A stretch of 63,130 bases of DNA, filler included, from Octopus bimaculoides (lineage: Eukaryota), in the NCBI RefSeq assembly GCF_001194135.2. It is 4 parts of 4 records of this genome, joined end to end, with 100 filler letters (N's around TTAATTAATTAA, not from the genome) between each part and the next. Parts side by side here need not be neighbours in the genome. Positions count along the whole stretch, not along the records: positions 1 to 26,326 come from NC_068991.1; 3 more parts are not named here. One strand, written 5' to 3'. This document shows, one piece after another, positions 1 to 13,479 of the stretch (within the stretch, counting starts at the first letter, position 1; each line of letters opens with the position of its first letter). The translations under genes were made by a program, and so were the position numbers. The notes below the pieces were generated by a model. The model was not told the DNA's origin. It did not search any database and worked only from the letters and a program-made list of their open reading frames with translations.

Positions 1-134
1 CAGGTTATAGGTCTATAGTTTTGTGGTTTCTCCGTTTCCGTGGATTTGGGGATTAAGATGGTTTTCCCTTTTGTGAGCCATTCAGGCATTGTCTCTGGAT
101 CTGCTAGTATGTTGTTAAAGTTTTCTGCCAGCAT
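1..134 (-). mobile_element. R4/Dong-clade non-LTR retrotransposon, 5'-truncated RT N-terminal fragment (runs off window start)
   Basis: Minus-strand translation ENFNNILADPETMPEWLTKGKTILIPKSTETEKPQNYRPITC, the typical R4/Dong pre-RT motif; begins directly after an (AAT)n tract. Confidence 0.85.
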
Positions 135-172
135 CATTATTATTATTATTATTATTATTATCATTATTATTA

Positions 173-225
<53 letters not shown>
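135..225. repeat. (ATT/AAT)n microsatellite; tail of one Dong-like element and insertion site of another
   Basis: About 30 ATT units seen directly. Confidence 0.95.
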
Positions 226-887
226 GCCTTTGCACAGCTTCTAACGCTGGAGATGTACTACGGTGTCAGCTGTACACTACCATTGAACTAAGGTAACACC
301 CCTTATTTTTCGAGCACCATTCGGAATATTCGAGCGGTTCTAAGCAGTGCTGTTTTCTGCAAGTGCTCCACCCTTATTGCAGCCCCTATTTGTTCGATGT
401 ACTTGTCAAGATTTTTACTCACTGTTTCCATGACTCCGACTATTATTGATAATACCACCACCTTTTTCAACGACCACAAATGCTTAACCTCCCAATCTAG
501 CCTGTTATATCTAGCGACTTTTTTCTTCTTTATCGCATACCTTGTTGTCAGCTGGGCACACTATACCTGTGATCCAGCATCGTTTGCTTTCTTTCTCAAT
601 TAAGATTATATCTGGTTTCCTATTCTCTATCTCATGGTTGCACTGAATCATAAAATCCCATAGGATCTTTGCATTATCATTTTAGATGATAATTTCGGGT
701 TTATGTTCGTACCACCTTTTTGCTCTGCCAAGTCCATACTTGCTGCAAAGTGTCCAATGGACAATTCATGCTATATTTTCATGATGTCTTTTATATTCTT
801 TCTGGGCTAGTGGCGTAGATTGATTGGTAATATGGCATACGGTTTCACCATTTTGTTCACAAATTCTGCACTTATCACTTTCTGATA
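226..887 (-). mobile_element. R4/Dong-clade LINE 3' end: CCHC knuckle, restriction-like endonuclease and 3' UTR, degenerate
   Basis: Minus strand reads DKCRICEQNGETVCHI...KRHHENIA...WYEHKPE...KILWDFMIQCNHEIENRKPDIILIEKE...; ends GCAAAGGC(AAT)n. Confidence 0.9.
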
Positions 888-1418
888 AAATTTGTTCCTT
901 CTAATATATAGCTATAGCGAACACTGAATACTACATCCACTGATATTGCAGAAAACTTACCGCGTTGAATAAAACTTCGTGTACACAATTGAAACAGAAT
1001 TAAATTCAAATGGCTAGCTATCATATTTAACGTTTATGCATAGTTGAAAGACATGATTCTGTGACTTTTGTTCGATAGAAAATTTCTTCATAAACATGCT
1101 ATGTTAAAAAACACAATATACACCGGAACACGATAAAAACCATTAGAATGCCAGGCACATTTCGGCCTTTTGGGATTTTGTCAAAGACGTGTACTTACTG
1201 GTGATATACCTAAACGAAATCCGTCACTCCAATATTTACTATAAATGTAATATTTACTGTTTTCTCTATATTGGCGGGAACACATTTCGCCTAGACATGT
1301 GATTAGTGAGTAAGCGTCATTGCCAAAGCCTAGAATTCCAAAACGCATCTGGTATTCTCGCTAGTTGCTGCTGAGGCGACATTCACTTCCATCTGATAAC
1401 ATACATGCATACACACAC

Positions 1419-1449
<31 letters not shown>

Positions 1450-2599
1450 CGTATACATGTTGTATTTTTAACACAAAATGTCTATGAAGAGATTTTCTCT
1501 GAGACAAATTCACACCATCATGCTTTCTAACGATGTATATACGTTGAGTATGTTACATAGATGGCTATTTTTTAAAAGTTCAAACTGAGTATATGTCTTT
1601 CATTGTGTAAAGAGCTAATAAGAAGACAGCAGTTGCTGCTCCTGTGTAGTTTTGAAACGTACCACTTTATATGTCACGTGTTGGTTGGTTCCCATGATGC
1701 TACACTGAATATCCCATCTCTATCAACCGAGTTATTTAAAGCCAGACATTTATAGTTACCTACTTAAATCAACCATTGAAGAGCTGCTGTCTACCATCAA
1801 TTACCGATAGTGATACAAAAATAGCTCAATCATTTTTTAATGATACGTAAAGCACCACCGACGTGGAGAAAGAAAATGGTAACGATGTAGATTCCAAGCT
1901 TAATTGCCACTTGAAAAGTTAGAAATACTCTTGAAATTCTGTTTAACTGTCTCAAACTTTTACGATAGCTTCCATATAGATTTCCTTCTTTCGTACATGA
2001 CGCTATTGACGTCATAACATAATGAATATGACATCACCACAACATATTGAACACGTGTGGGCGTTAGGTGTGACGTGCTTATGATGTGGTTATGACAACG
2101 AAGCTTTTAGTAAAAGAGACATACTCTCTACTATATCTATTTATTATAAAACTTCTTGATTTATCTTCTTCAGAATTAGTCCTGATAGCAAACATTTGTT
2201 AATGAACTTCGAGTAATTCGTTTAATCTTTTGAGCTAATCCCTTCACAAAGTAATAACGATCATCATAAAACAAAGTTTTAATTCCTGGCTTGACTTAAG
2301 CGAATGTATTGAAAACAGATGTTTCTGATAATGTAGAAAATAATCACAAAACGTTGATTAATAGAAAATGATTTTATTCTGTGGAAAATAATACTAAATG
2401 GAGTATATGTTTTATTTGTCACTAGCGTTCGTAGATATCAGCTTTAATGACTTCCCCCCCCCCGCCAAAGAAAATGCTGAACATGGTAAAAAAAACTCTG
2501 TGTGTGTGTGTGTGTGTGTGTATTGTCAGAAAAATATAATTTATTCTGATAAATTCTTATTGTTATATTCGTTACACTTTGAGGGTTAAATGCACTGTT

Positions 2600-3135
2600 G
2601 AAAGGCATCATGTAGAATTGTCTGAGATAAAATCTCTTCACAGACTTGTTGTGTTAGAAACACAATATATATCGGAGCGAGACGAACATTGTTGCTGCAG
2701 TGATTCACGAGAGCGAGAGGCGTGTTTTGCCTTTAGTGAGGACTGCCAATGCCGTGCACTTGAGTGTCACCTGCTTAAGGGAAATTCGCGCTCGGATGCA
2801 CAGGAAACAGTGACTAAAACATTCAATAGTATTGCAGAAGCTTGCGAGGCTGTACAAAAACTCGGTGTGCGCAATTGAAATATCATTAGATTAAAATTGC
2901 TATTTGTGTATCATAGTAAATATATATGTACCGTTAGAAGGCATGGTGTTGTGGAATTGTCTACAATAAAAGCTCTTCATAGACTTGAATTAGAAACACT
3001 ATATATACCGGAGGGAGACGAATGCCGTTAATACAGTGACTCATGAGAAAGAAAGACGCGTTTTGATTTGTTGGGACCTGTCAATGCATTGCACTTGATT
3101 GTTATCTATTTAATCGTAATTTGTGCCTCATGGTG
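2600..3135. repeat. Diverged tandem duplication, about 200-bp homologous units (2600-2800 and 2937-3135)
   Basis: gaattgtctgagataaaatctcttcacagacttg...gagacgaa...gcacttga aligns with gaattgtctacaataaaagctcttcatagacttg...gagacgaa...gcacttga. Confidence 0.75.
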
Positions 3136-4415
3136 TCTTTTGAACGAATCTAGTATCAAAACTGTTGGAAATCACTCGCTCTTTAGGTAAATCTTCACCT
3201 TCAAGGATGAGGTGGATGAAAATGCAAAATTAACCGGTGCTTTAGATCGAAGTCTCACGTCATGACTGCAGAGATAAAAATACTTGTGAATTCTTAAATA
3301 AATGTAAAACTAAAAACGTAATCTACCAATGTGAGGTTCTCTCAAATAATTACAAAAAAAAACTGATATTGGAGCAACTAAAAATTAAATGAAACTTAGA
3401 TATAATTCCTATCGCTCAAGTTTCAGAAATAGAAGAAGTAAAGCGAATTATACAGGACTTAGTAGTTACATCTGAGAACTGAAAGACAATAACATTAATT
3501 TTAGATTAGAATGGGGTATACTAGCCATAATAATAACTGCTGTTATTTATGCATAAATGATAAATAATTCATTTTAATGGCCAAATCAGAATTACTTAAT
3601 AAACGAAACGAGAAAAATGCATGTTTGCATAAAGATAAATTCTTATTCTCTAAATACCGCTAATACCCACATTACAGGTTATTAGCTGACCTATCTAACA
3701 TCTTATTACCTCCCCGAACCATCCCACTTACCATATAGTATAATTTAACATTACATCGCAATTTTAAGTTAAATTAAAGTACCAGATCAACCAAACTATC
3801 TATTTAAAATCTACGTTGTATATTAGGGCATATAATCTTCGATAATATATTAACTTTAAAGCTAGATTGCCGACTCACATAACACGTTATATTTTAATTG
3901 ATTTTAATTGATTTTTGTGTACTCTTTATCTTTTTTTTTTATTATTCCTCTATATAGCCCATATATATACATTATGTCATACTAAATTTAAGAAGCATCC
4001 TTAGTTTTTAACAAAGGTATTATTTGTAATCATAGGGACTAGCCTAGCGGTCACAAACAGTGTTACATATTACAATTAACAACACCGGATTTCTCCACCA
4101 GGTATAACTCCTTCGACTAACACCACTGGTCAACTAGTCATTTTCTCCACTTACTGCTCCATCTAATTGTAGAAATGTACATACACGTGGAACCCAAAAA
4201 GTCACTAAAATGTAAGCTTAAAGACTTAACGAACTTTTTCCTTTTCTTTATGCTTTTTTCCGTTTCCTTTCTTTTCCATTTTCTCCTTTCTGACGATGTT
4301 TGTTAAATTGAACGAGCTAAATGCAAATTTACTTCGATTTGATAAACATAAACTGCTGTAATTGGTTCTGAACTACAATTAAAACTATAACTTTGTAATA
4401 CCAATGATCAACTTC

Positions 4416-4530
<115 letters not shown>

Positions 4531-5183
4531 AAAGACAGTGAGTCAACAGACAGGCTGACTGAGAGACAGACCGAATAACAGAGCATACAAGACTTAACTG
4601 TCATGGTTACGGAGAACTCATGGTGCTAATGTTAAAATGCTAGCCACTGAGATAAAATTCCGTTGCCAATTACCTTAAAAGAAGAAAAATGTTTAAATAA
4701 AAAAAACTACGAACAAGTTTAGTTGCAAATATATAAATTAAACATCAAATAATATTAGAAATATCGTGAAGACAAGTTTACGAAGATATTGGCACATTTC
4801 AAAGTAAAATCTATAGAATAGAATTTGATAAAGAGAAGGATAAAGGTTAAGGCAGCTTATAATGCGATAATCCACAAGGGGAAAATAGATTTATGCGATA
4901 GTAGACAGACAGGCATTAAGTGTTTTCAGTAAGTTTTGATGTCGACATTTCTGTAATATATTAGAAAATAAAGTTGGTCACACTTAAAAAGAGGAATTAG
5001 ATAAAGTCTAAACCTATAATCAATACTGAATAAGCACGCTGATCTATAAAATCTTTTTCACTCTTCAATGTTATTTACGATAATAATTTCTTACTAATTG
5101 GCCCCGCATTTCGTCTTGGGTTCGAATTTCTTCGGAAAACATATTTTAACGAAATGAAGAATGAATACATTGTAATTTGTAAC

Positions 5184-5388
5184 TGGCATTCGGTCGGTTT
5201 CGACGACGAGGATTCCAGTTTATCCGATCATCGTAACAGTCTGCACGTGAAATTAAAGTGCATGTGGCTGACCACTCCATAGACAAGCGTACCGTTTACG
5301 TCGTTCTCAGGGAGATTCAGCGTGACCAAACAATATAACAAGGGTGACTACTTTTGAATTACAGGTGACTACTTTCGAATTACAGGTA
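5184..5388 (-). mobile_element. SINE family A, 3' portion, degenerate, with a 21-bp local tandem duplication
   Basis: Homologous to 17123-17310 and 23390-23540; gtgactactt(t/c)gaattacag is duplicated at 5344-5385. Confidence 0.75.
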
Positions 5389-6029
5389 CTACTCTTAACT
5401 TCACAGCCAAACAGCCATGCCTGCACCTATATCTATTGTTTCTTTTTGTTGCCTTTAACACTTCATCGGGAGAATAAGAATAGCCATAAGAACAATCTTC
5501 ATGGAGCAGGTCTGGAAACAGAAAAGACAGACATACAATAACAGGCGTAAGGAATTTATTTATATGAAAAGTTGCGTGTACAAGTCTTATCTTTACAGCT
5601 ATTTCAGATAACTGATGATATATAACTATGTATATTATGTAATGAAGTCCAATACTGAGTATTGTAGGTGTATCGGCGGGCACAAATTTTGATAGAACAG
5701 TGTAGCGAGGCTACGATATCATCATCAGAACACACACACACACACGCACACACACACACACACANNNNNNNNNNCGCACACACACACACACACACACACA
5801 CACCCATTCACACTCATATCTATGAGTGTATTTTGCATGTATTTTGTGTGTGCCTGTGTGACTGATTGTCACTGATAAGTTAATTGTTTACCAGTGAATC
5901 TCGCTTATGGTTTTAAAAGATTACTATTTCCTTTTATTCGAACACAATCACATGCACAATCACCACGATTTCGTGCTGCAATTGTGAATTCCACCAGAGT
6001 CCTTGATGCCATAGCTCTATTTTAGTCTT

Positions 6030-6480
6030 TGTCACCCGCAAGCCCGTTTTCACCCCACTCAGCTTCCGTGAATGCTGGCAAAGACCATTTAGATTCCGAT
6101 AGCGTAACCAAAATGTTGCTGTTTTCGAAGTCTGCCCATCGTCATCAGATTTCGATTCACTTCCATCTCATCTGAGACTGAACTATTCGTTCTACGTGTT
6201 ACCCAAATTGTTCCACATTACCCGTTAGTAGCACGTCATTTCCATTCACTCAGTCGCTTGGTGTCTCATACCATTACAACGCATCTGATCAGACCAGGGT
6301 CCTTAGAAGCTTTAGTTTCATGTCTTTTTTTCAAATTTTTATGAAGACTGCGTGTCTCTATTGTGCACTGTGTGATGTCAGAGATGAGTTTTCTGTATCC
6401 AATCCAGTCTTGTTCTGATTTCCATGCTACAATGACGCCTGAGCACTTGAACTCGTCAAACTGGGTTAGCGTGAACCTTC
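6030..6480 (-). mobile_element. RTE-clade LINE fragment, C-terminal to the RT core, degenerate
   Basis: Minus strand LTQFDEFKCSG...LRKQQHFGY resembles RTE V(D/E)EFKYLG...RQL.YFGH with multiple stops. Confidence 0.55.
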
Positions 6481-6497
6481 GGTAATAATTTGATATT

Positions 6498-6800
6498 CGT
6501 CGCCCTTTCAAAGCCTAGCCAGGCTCACGGGCCCGGTTTCCCGGTTTCTATGGCGTATGTGTTCCCCCCAGCTGGACGGGACGCCAGCCAATCGCAGCGT
6601 TACTCAAGAAACAGGAAGAAAGAGTGAGAGAAAGTTGGTGCGAAAGAGTACAACAGGGGTCGCCCCCCCCCCTGCTGGAGCCTCGTGGAGCTTAGGTGTT
6701 TTCTTTCAATAAACACTCACAACGCCCGGTCTGGGAATCGAAACCGTGATCCTCCGACCGCGAGTCCGCTGCCCTAACCACTGGGCCATTGTGCCTCCAC
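6498..6800 (-). mobile_element. tRNA-derived SINE (family A head, different tail) with about 14-bp TSD
   Basis: Minus-strand head gtggaggcacaatggcccagtggttagggcagcggactc...ggtttcgattccc with A and B boxes; flanks aataatttgatatt (6484-6497) and aatcatttgatatt (6801-6814). Confidence 0.85.
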
Positions 6801-7721
6801 AATCATTTGATATTATTATTGTCAAATTTCTAAGCTGGTGTAACAACAAAAAGAAACGAGATTCTCATTCAAGATGATTTCGATTTAAGACCATCTGTTC
6901 ACACCAAGTTAATATCAATTAAAATTGTGTACACAAACATAACAATGAATCAAACGACGGTTCTTAAATTTCGCATGATAAATTAACAAAAGCAGAACAT
7001 TCATATAAGCAGAAACTTTTAGATGCAAATAAAATTCGTCAATATTCTCCATATGAATAAATTTAAATTATCACCGTTGCTGAAGATGTTTAGATTCGTA
7101 GTCAACTTGACTTCAAGACAGACAGCAAGTCAAAATCTTGAGTGTTTCTATGAATCATAATAAACATTTGCAAACATAAAATCCAGTTAGTTATCTCATC
7201 AATCCAAATAGTATGAATAAAGAATTATCAAAAGAATAGCAGTCAAAACTTAAGAATAATAAGAATAACGATCTAGACTCAATCAGCTGACGTTAAACGT
7301 TACTTGTGATAGAGGAACCATTAAAATATGTCAGGGTAGATTAGAGAGAAATTAGCTTATTATTCAAGCAACGAATATAGAACTAAGAGTTTTGTCTGGA
7401 TCAAACAAGACGGAGGCCAATTGATACAGGGATAAATTCTATAATGAAACAAATTTATTATATAAAAGGGTATTAGAACTCCAAGTCCACAAGGAATCCA
7501 GTGGTTTATATAATTACTATCGTTTAAATATATAATAATATAATACAAGTATTAGTGTCTTCTTTTTGCATCTATCTATCTATCTGTACATATATATATA
7601 TATATATATATANNNNNNNNNNNNNNNNNNNNNNNNNNNNNNNNNNNNNNNNNNNNNNNNNNNNNNNNNNNNNNNNNNNNNNNNNNNNNNNNNNNNNNNN
7701 NNNNNNNNNNNNNNNNNNNNN

Positions 7722-7761
<40 letters not shown>

Positions 7762-8368
7762 TGTGTGTGTGTGTGTACATGTACACACACACACACACAC
7801 TTATATTTATGCACACAATTTTGCACACTGAAAACAGTTTGTCGTTAACAAGACTAATCACTTTTCGTGAAATAAATTGACAATTTCTCTGGATCAAAGT
7901 CTCGAACACTTGAAAGGTGTCGTTCTCTGGGACGTGGTGGGTGTGGCTTTAGTATGAGTAGCCTGTACACACGTATTTGAGTGTGTGTGCATGCGTGTTT
8001 CTATGTCTCTTTGTACGTGAGTGAGTGAGAGAAGGGGGGAGAGAGAGAGTATGTGAATAACTGTTACGTTTTCTACCACGTATTTGTAAGGAAGTGCGCA
8101 TAACTACAGACACGCCCCTTACCCACATACATACACACACACACTCACACGCACACACGTGTGCACACATACACACACACACATATGTGTTCGTACAAAC
8201 ACACAGGCACACACAAATACACACGTATGTATACACATATGTATGTGCACACACACACATGTTCACACACTCAAAAATAAATACGTAGATGCACTTACAT
8301 ACATGAATATATACATCCAAGACACATACATACATGCACATATACATAAGTGTGTATGTGTAAGTATA

Positions 8369-8452
<84 letters not shown>

Positions 8453-8815
8453 TATTCGTATGCACGTCCCCAAAAAGATTCTAAAACTTAATATTCTTCC
8501 TCCATTTAGAACAATTGTATTCTATTTCAACAGAATTATCCCAAATCCTAATATTATTAAGGGTAACGATATTCTATTTAGACTTCAAATTAATTACTGG
8601 CAGTTCATCTCATTACCGCTTACATTTCAACATACTAGTTCTCTAGATTTATGCTACTTGTGAAACTATAAGTAACCTTATAAATATGTTTTAAATTTAT
8701 GAAATGCAGTTAGGAACAATGGTCAGAAATTCAAAATATGAAAAATCCAGAGACAATATGAACATAGGAACATGTTTGTGCACATGCATATACACACATA
8801 CGCGCCAAGCCCATA

Positions 8816-8869
<54 letters not shown>

Positions 8870-9096
8870 ATGAATATATATATATATGTATACATATATA
8901 TACGTATATATGTATATATGTACACACACACNNNNNNNNNNNNNNNNNNNNNNNNNNNNNNNNNNNNNNNNNNNNNNNNNNNNNNNNNNNNNNNNNNNNN
9001 NNNNNNNNNNNNNNNNNNNNNNNNNNNNNNNNNNNNNNNNNNNNNNNNNNNNNNNNNNNNNNNNNNNNNNNNNNNTATATATAAATAAATATAAAA

Positions 9097-9285
9097 GGCG
9101 GTGAGCTGGCAGAATCGTTAGCACGCCGGATGAAATGCTTAGCGGTATTTCGTCTGCCGTTACGTTCTGAGTTCAAATTCCGCCGAGGTTGACTTTGCCT
9201 TTACCTTTCATCCTTTCGGGGTCGATTACATAAGTACCAGTTACGCACTGATTGAGGTCGATGTAATCGACTTAATCCCTTTGTC
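9097..9285 (+). mobile_element. SINE family B (ggcggtgagctggcagaatcg head; gactttgcctttcatcctttcggggtcgat core)
   Basis: A-box-like head, B-box-like gagttcaaattcc; homologous copies at 33660-33890, 43585-43752 and 49245-49400. Confidence 0.85.
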
Positions 9286-9699
9286 TAATATTACTAAAAA
9301 CATCTTTATTTCATTCAATAGTAACAGACAATAGCTTAGCACTTCCACTCAATTGCTCCCGTTATACCATTCTCTCCTCCCAGAAGCCACACTGACAATT
9401 TGTTTCTAATCTTTCTTTTCCAGAAATTAAACCTCGTGGAATTTCCTTATCACCACCATTATTTTTTTCTCAGCAATTAACTTGCAGTTATTTAAGGAAA
9501 ACATCGACCGTATCAAATCTACAAGTCTCGAGTTATCTGCGTTTGTGATGGACACAGTTCTCTCCCCTGACCGTAACCATATTATACAACCTGTTGAAAG
9601 CATTCCAGTCGTACTTTTCTTCCTTCAAATTGAACGTGAAAGAGGAAAATTGGTTATATTTTCATGTAATGGTTCAATGCTTAGAAGTATAGGGCCATG

Positions 9700-10130
9700 G
9701 ATTGACTAATGAGCAACATACCAACTGATGGACAAAACTGGTAGAGTGATAGAGAAAATGGCAGTGAATTGACAAAATCGAAGAGTAATGGATATGTTGG
9801 TGAATTTACAGATTCAGTAGAGTGATGGATAAAATGGCGGTGGATTGACAGATTCAGCAGAGCGACAAACAAAATGGCCGTTGATTGACAGAATCGGAGT
9901 GTGACAGACAAGAAGGCGGTTGATCGATAGAATTGGTGGAGTGATGGACAAAATGGCAGTGGATTTGACATAAGTGGTGAGTGATTGATAAAATATCTAT
10001 TGGTATTTACTTCCTTGCTCCTCCCCACTGATGTCGAATGCCGCTGCCTTTTATCATTCTTCAACCAGTAGCAAAAATACCAGTTCACTACTGGGGTCAT
10101 TTTAGTCGGCTATAACTCCCTCTCGACACA
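9700..10130 (+). repeat. Degenerate ~38-bp minisatellite (about 7 units) derived from the SINE family B head, followed by a degenerate SINE B body
   Basis: Recurring agagtgatggacaaaatggc(a/g)gtggattgacaga(a/t)tc; downstream aaataccagtt...ctggggtc matches the SINE B 3' part. Confidence 0.65.
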
Positions 10131-10307
10131 TATCAGTAAGTGTATTGTTATAGAATAAATCATTGTTCAAAAATCCATAACAAATGGCAATTACGTGATT
10201 TGTAGCCTTGAGACTGCTCTCTGTTAGAAGCGCTTAAATACCTCAACGTCACACTCTCCAGAAATCATTAAAGGGTTCAGACGACCAATACTCGAAGAAA
10301 ATAAATA

Positions 10308-10308
10308 G

Positions 10309-10397
<89 letters not shown>

Positions 10398-10487
10398 ACT
10401 ACTACTACCACTACTACAACCACTACTACCACTACCACTACTACTACTACTACTACCACTACTACAACCACTACTACCACTACTACA

Positions 10488-10533
<46 letters not shown>

Positions 10534-10598
10534 ACAACAACAACAACAACAACAACAATAGTAACAATAATAGTAACAATAATAATAATAATAATAAT
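10308..10598. repeat. Compound trinucleotide microsatellite (CTA)n(CTG)n(CTA/CCA)n(ACA)n(ATA)n
   Basis: Seen directly; explains the poly-L/V/A ORF. Confidence 0.95.
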
Positions 10599-11141
10599 TA
10601 CCAGGCAGTGGCTCTCATGGCTTCTGATCTTAACTGATTAGGAGTGTTATCATGTGCATGTTTTGGCTTGGTATAAAAGATAAGATAGGCTACAGCAAAT
10701 ATTCTACTCAATACCACAGATTTGCTTGTTAGTTGCTTGACCTTAACCAGTTGAGTATGTCATTTAGTGGTTGGCGATATGTGCGTCTCTGATCACGAGT
10801 AGAATTGGGGGAGCATCATAGTTGTGTGTTGAAAGGAATTCTTCGGGGTTTGAATAATTCACCTCTGGAAACATTGGTGTTTCGTTTAACATCCTTAAAC
10901 AAACATTATACAAGGACCTTTTGAACGGGATGGGCTACTCGACCTGAAGAAAATCCTAACTGGATCCCACCGGCAAGGTCATGCGTTATTTACCTTGATA
11001 TAAGATCACCATGTCGCGCACTTATGGCTGTGATGCATGTGCCTGGTGTACCCTTATCAGACGGGTAGTCATGATGGGTATATTGGGCTTCGTATATTTG
11101 TACCCCAGTGTCACTTTGATGGCATGTACTACTCTCTCATT
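10599..11141 (+). mobile_element. Non-coding ~540-bp retroelement-like segment bracketed by (AAT)n on both sides
   Basis: Unique-complexity sequence between two (TAA)n tracts, ending ctctctcattc(AAT)n like a Dong-type tail. Confidence 0.55.
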
Positions 11142-11142
11142 C

Positions 11143-11192
<50 letters not shown>
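11142..11192. repeat. (AAT)n microsatellite
   Basis: Seen directly. Confidence 0.95.
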
Positions 11193-11196
<4 letters not shown>

Positions 11197-12842
11197 CACA
11201 TAGCGGCAAGCATTTAATTTATTAATACGCAAGAGAGAATCTTCTCCAAACTGGATGCTGGAAGCATAAGCCACCCTAATTCCTCTCAAAACAAAGACAC
11301 CATACACCCACAAAATCACAAGCCAGTAACATGCTTATCAGCAACCTACAAAACACTCACATCAGTCATCTATAACCAGCTTATAACACACCTGGAAAAC
11401 AACAATGATTTACAAGAAGAACAAACTTCTGGTAAACCGAGCCATTATAGAGGACCATAAGAGGAGAAACTCAAAACTCAGCATGACTTGGATTGATTAC
11501 AAGAAAGCATTCGACAGTGGACTCATGGATTCTGGAATCTCTCCGCAACAATAAAGTAGCTCCTACTAAAATATATCAACCATGCAGTGGCAAACTGGAA
11601 AACAAGTATAACATTGAAAAATGAATCACAAGTCATTAAAACCTGCTCTATACCCATAAGAAGAGGAATATTCCAAGGAGACTCGTTGTCACCCCTGCTT
11701 TTCTGCGTTGCTCTGACCCCACTAGCAAACTTCTTAAATGAAACCATCATGGGTTTACATGCTATAGACAAGCAATAAACCATCTCCTATATAAGGATGA
11801 TTTAAAACTCTTTCATTAAAAATATTACGGAACAGGGAAACCTTCTACACAATGTCCATAGTTTCAGCAAGGACATCGGAATGAGCATGGGGCTGGGCAA
11901 ATGTGCTAAAGTGACACTGAGATGAGGGAAAGTAATCAACACTGAAAACACTGTACTCAACATAGACACAGAAATCAGAGCATTAGACCACAATCACCCA
12001 TACAAATATCTAGGAATAGACGACACAGCTAAAATGCAACATACAGAAAGAAAGAGTAAATTATGAGAGAATATTAGAGAAGAGTTAGACTAATATTAAA
12101 CACTGAACCCAATGCTAAAAATAAGATAATAGGGATAAACACGCTAGCCATACTAGGTATAAATCACAGCTTCAACATAATAAACTGGAAGATCAGTGAA
12201 CTGAGAAACTTAGATAGAAAAACCAGAAAACAACTAACAGCATACTGAAGTCACTACCCCAAAGTAGACACGGACAGAATATATCTACCCTGCTTAAAAG
12301 GAGGTCGTGGCTTGGCACAGATAGAGAACTACTATAAAATAACAATAGCTGGACTAGAAAAGTACTTAGAAACAGAAAGAGGAAGAAATAAAATAACATG
12401 AGTAAAAGAAAGCGCTTTCCTCTAAACACGAGGCGAAAAAGAATACAAAACAGAAACAAACTACACTGATACACTAATCTTAGATGACATCATGGTAGAA
12501 GTGGTCAAAGAGACAAAACAAAAACAGAACTACAAAACATATTGAAGACGAAATGGAGAGAAAAAAATCGCACTATGGCCAATGCCATGCAAGACTTGAC
12601 AGAGAAGATGTGAGCCTAAGTAAGAGCCAACAATGGCTCAAAAGCTCTGGTCTAAAAGCTGAAACGGAAGGAGTGATTCTCGCTGCCGAAGACAAAAGCC
12701 TGACCACAAACAACTATTAAAGCAGGATAATGAAAACGGACCCTCATACCAAATGCAGAATATGCAACCAGCACAATAAGACAGTTAACCACATCATCTC
12801 TGGCAGTCCAGTCCTTGCCAAATCTAAATTTATATACAGACA
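11193..12842 (+). mobile_element. R4/Dong-clade LINE, 5'-truncated, RT to CCHC region, pseudogenised
   Basis: WLDYKKAFDS, IRRGIFQGDSLSPLLFCVAL, HLLY(K)DDLK, YKYLG, GGRGL, WLKSSGLKAETEG, KCRICN...ETVNHI motifs with frameshifts and stops. Confidence 0.93.
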
Positions 12843-12980
12843 AGGTTGACCCTTGTGAATTCCAGGTACAACTCACTTTTGCGAGCTGAGTGAACTGGAG
12901 GAGTACCGTGTAATAACGCGCCGCTAGTCTTCGAACTCACGAGCGTGAGCCGAATGCCCTAACCTCTAAGCCACGCGCCA
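12843..12980 (-). mobile_element. Short degenerate tRNA-derived SINE interrupting the R4/Dong element
   Basis: Minus strand ggcgcgtggcttagaggttagggcattcggctcacg...gtgagttcgaag: A-box-like and B-box-like motifs. Confidence 0.6.
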
Positions 12981-13297
12981 GCAGATACCAGCTGAGAATT
13001 GCATAATCTCCTACTGTTACGTTACACAAACATACACAGGTAACAGCATACGCACATACACACTCAAGCACAGTCACATATTGTTACGTACGCATATACA
13101 CAGTCTATTCGTTTTATGCGTACACATATGCATACATATATAAACACACACATATATGCACATATATCAGCAGACAATTATAGTCTTATATTGTTACACA
13201 AACGTACACAGATGACAACTCACACACAGAGAGATATCAGCTGACATTCTACACGCAGTCTGTATGTTAAACACACACGCACACACACACACACACA

Positions 13298-13355
<58 letters not shown>

Positions 13356-13479
13356 GATACCAGCAGACAATCAGCGTAATATTTATTTATTTATGTATTT
13401 ATTCATTATTTAATGGAACGCTAAAATCTTTGCAGGGCTAGTTGAGAGAAGAGGAGAGTGTAAGGACTATATAGAAGAC

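Noticed and set aside
9700-9990. ~38-bp periodic array as repeat-spacer system
   Set aside because: Whole units are mutually homologous and degenerate; no unique spacers
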